From the IMG/VR virus record IMGVR_UViG_3300049926_000118, positions 1 through 56,756 of that record: DNA of 56,756 bases; one strand, 5' to 3'. Positions 56,009 through 56,756 of this stretch are shown here, piece by piece. Below the pieces are notes generated by a model. The model was given only the letters and a program-made list of their open reading frames with translations, searched no databases and was not told the DNA's origin. Origin of the DNA: a virus (taxonomy: Duplodnaviria; Caudoviricetes). Position numbers and translations under genes: made by a program. Positions within the stretch are counted from its first letter, which is position 1. Each line of letters starts with the position of its first letter.

Positions 56009-56461
56009 ATGGATTGGGGTTTAAGACAAATTACTTGCGGGCAATTATCAGTGCAAATCTTGCCTCTTAAAGAGGTTGTAAGACCTAGCATAGGTTGGAT
56101 AAAAACTATACGAAAAGTTTTAGGTATGACCAGCCAACAACTAGGCAAGAGGTGCGGAATCAGTAAACAGCGGGTCTTACGAATAGAACAAGACGAGGTA
56201 TTGGGAGTAATTACATTAGCTACTTTAGAAAAACTAGCTAAGCAATTAGATTGTGAACTAGTATATGGTCTTGTGCCTAAAAAGGATTTTAAGCGAACAA
56301 TTTTAGTCCAAGCTGGAAAAAAAGCAAGAGAGAGAATAGAAAGGGTTTCTCATACAATGGTTCTTGAAAACCAAGGAATAAGTGAGAAGGAGGAAAGACA
56401 ACAACTTGAACTATTAATGAAACAGATATTAGATAAAAATATAAAATCTTTATGGGATTAA
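56009..56461 (+). CDS. Mobile mystery protein A (XRE HTH)
   Basis: P..GWIKTIR..LGMT..QL..R.G....RV..IE..E..G..TL.TL...A..L.C.LVY.LVP, V.HTM.LENQ, LWD end. Confidence 0.88.
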   Translation: MDWGLRQITCGQLSVQILPLKEVVRPSIGWIKTIRKVLGMTSQQLGKRCGISKQRVLRIEQDEVLGVITLATLEKLAKQLDCELVYGLVPKKDFKRTILVQAGKKARERIERVSHTMVLENQGISEKEERQQLELLMKQILDKNIKSLWD

Positions 56462-56489
56462 AAAATGAAATTCGTTTACCCAACCTTAA

Positions 56490-56756
56490 TTAAAGATAAG
56501 TACTATCATGGTCAGCAAACAAATTCAGTAATACAAAATAAGCTCCATCTCGATAAGCCGTACCTCGATATTTTTGAGAAAACCTAAATGAATATAGATT
56601 GTTTCCTTTTGACGTTGTTCTAGAGGTGATTAGTTCCCACCTTATACCCTTATCTTTGTATAATCCTTCCCAATCTAATTGCCTAATTTTCTTTAAAGTA
56701 TTTAATAGAGCACGTTGTTCTAATTTTTCTAAATTAAATAACTTTTCTTGAAAACT
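56490..56756 (-). CDS. RelE/ParE-like toxin, 5' end outside window (not in ORF track)
   Basis: Open 88 codons SFQEKLFNLEK...LYKDKGIRWE...YSFRFSQKYR..AYRDG...LL....DHDSTYL-stop. Confidence 0.55.
   Translation of the reverse strand, partial: SFQEKLFNLEKLEQRALLNTLKKIRQLDWEGLYKDKGIRWELITSRTTSKGNNLYSFRFSQKYRGTAYRDGAYFVLLNLFADHDSTYL

Noticed and set aside
1-56756. Window as a complete circle joined end to start
   Set aside because: No terminal repeat seen. Extending the truncated toxin-like ORF across the join gives an open frame to position 60 but no ATG or plausible N-terminus, so circular closure is unsupported.

Overview
AT-rich window holding most of a temperate phage-plasmid. It carries a short-tailed (podovirus-like) virion module on the minus strand (about 4.4-36.3 kb: terminase, portal, co-chaperonin, scaffold, major capsid, adaptors, nozzle, several fibres, ejection proteins). 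It also carries plasmid maintenance genes (Rep_3 initiator with iterons, type Ib ParA with RHH partners), a second DnaA_N-domain initiator with SSB, and a YqaJ exonuclease/annealing-protein pair. No integrase is visible. Accessory genes (ProP-like MFS transporter, beta-barrel OMP, DUF1640-like paralogs, a CaaX-ending protein) suggest an intracellular Rickettsiales, probably Rickettsiaceae, host; this is inference. Four observations stand out: (1) a translationally coupled string of small ORFs, mostly missed by the ORF track, resembling only the toxin-neutralising parts of several unrelated antitoxin families, with no cognate toxins (55.2-56.5 kb); (2) a terminase large subunit broken into two genes by a naturally split intein around a free-standing HNH endonuclease; (3) a conserved candidate pseudoknot leader RNA in front of three virion genes; (4) an antisense-RNA-like switch upstream of the second initiator. 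All family assignments are by eye from motifs; no searches were run.
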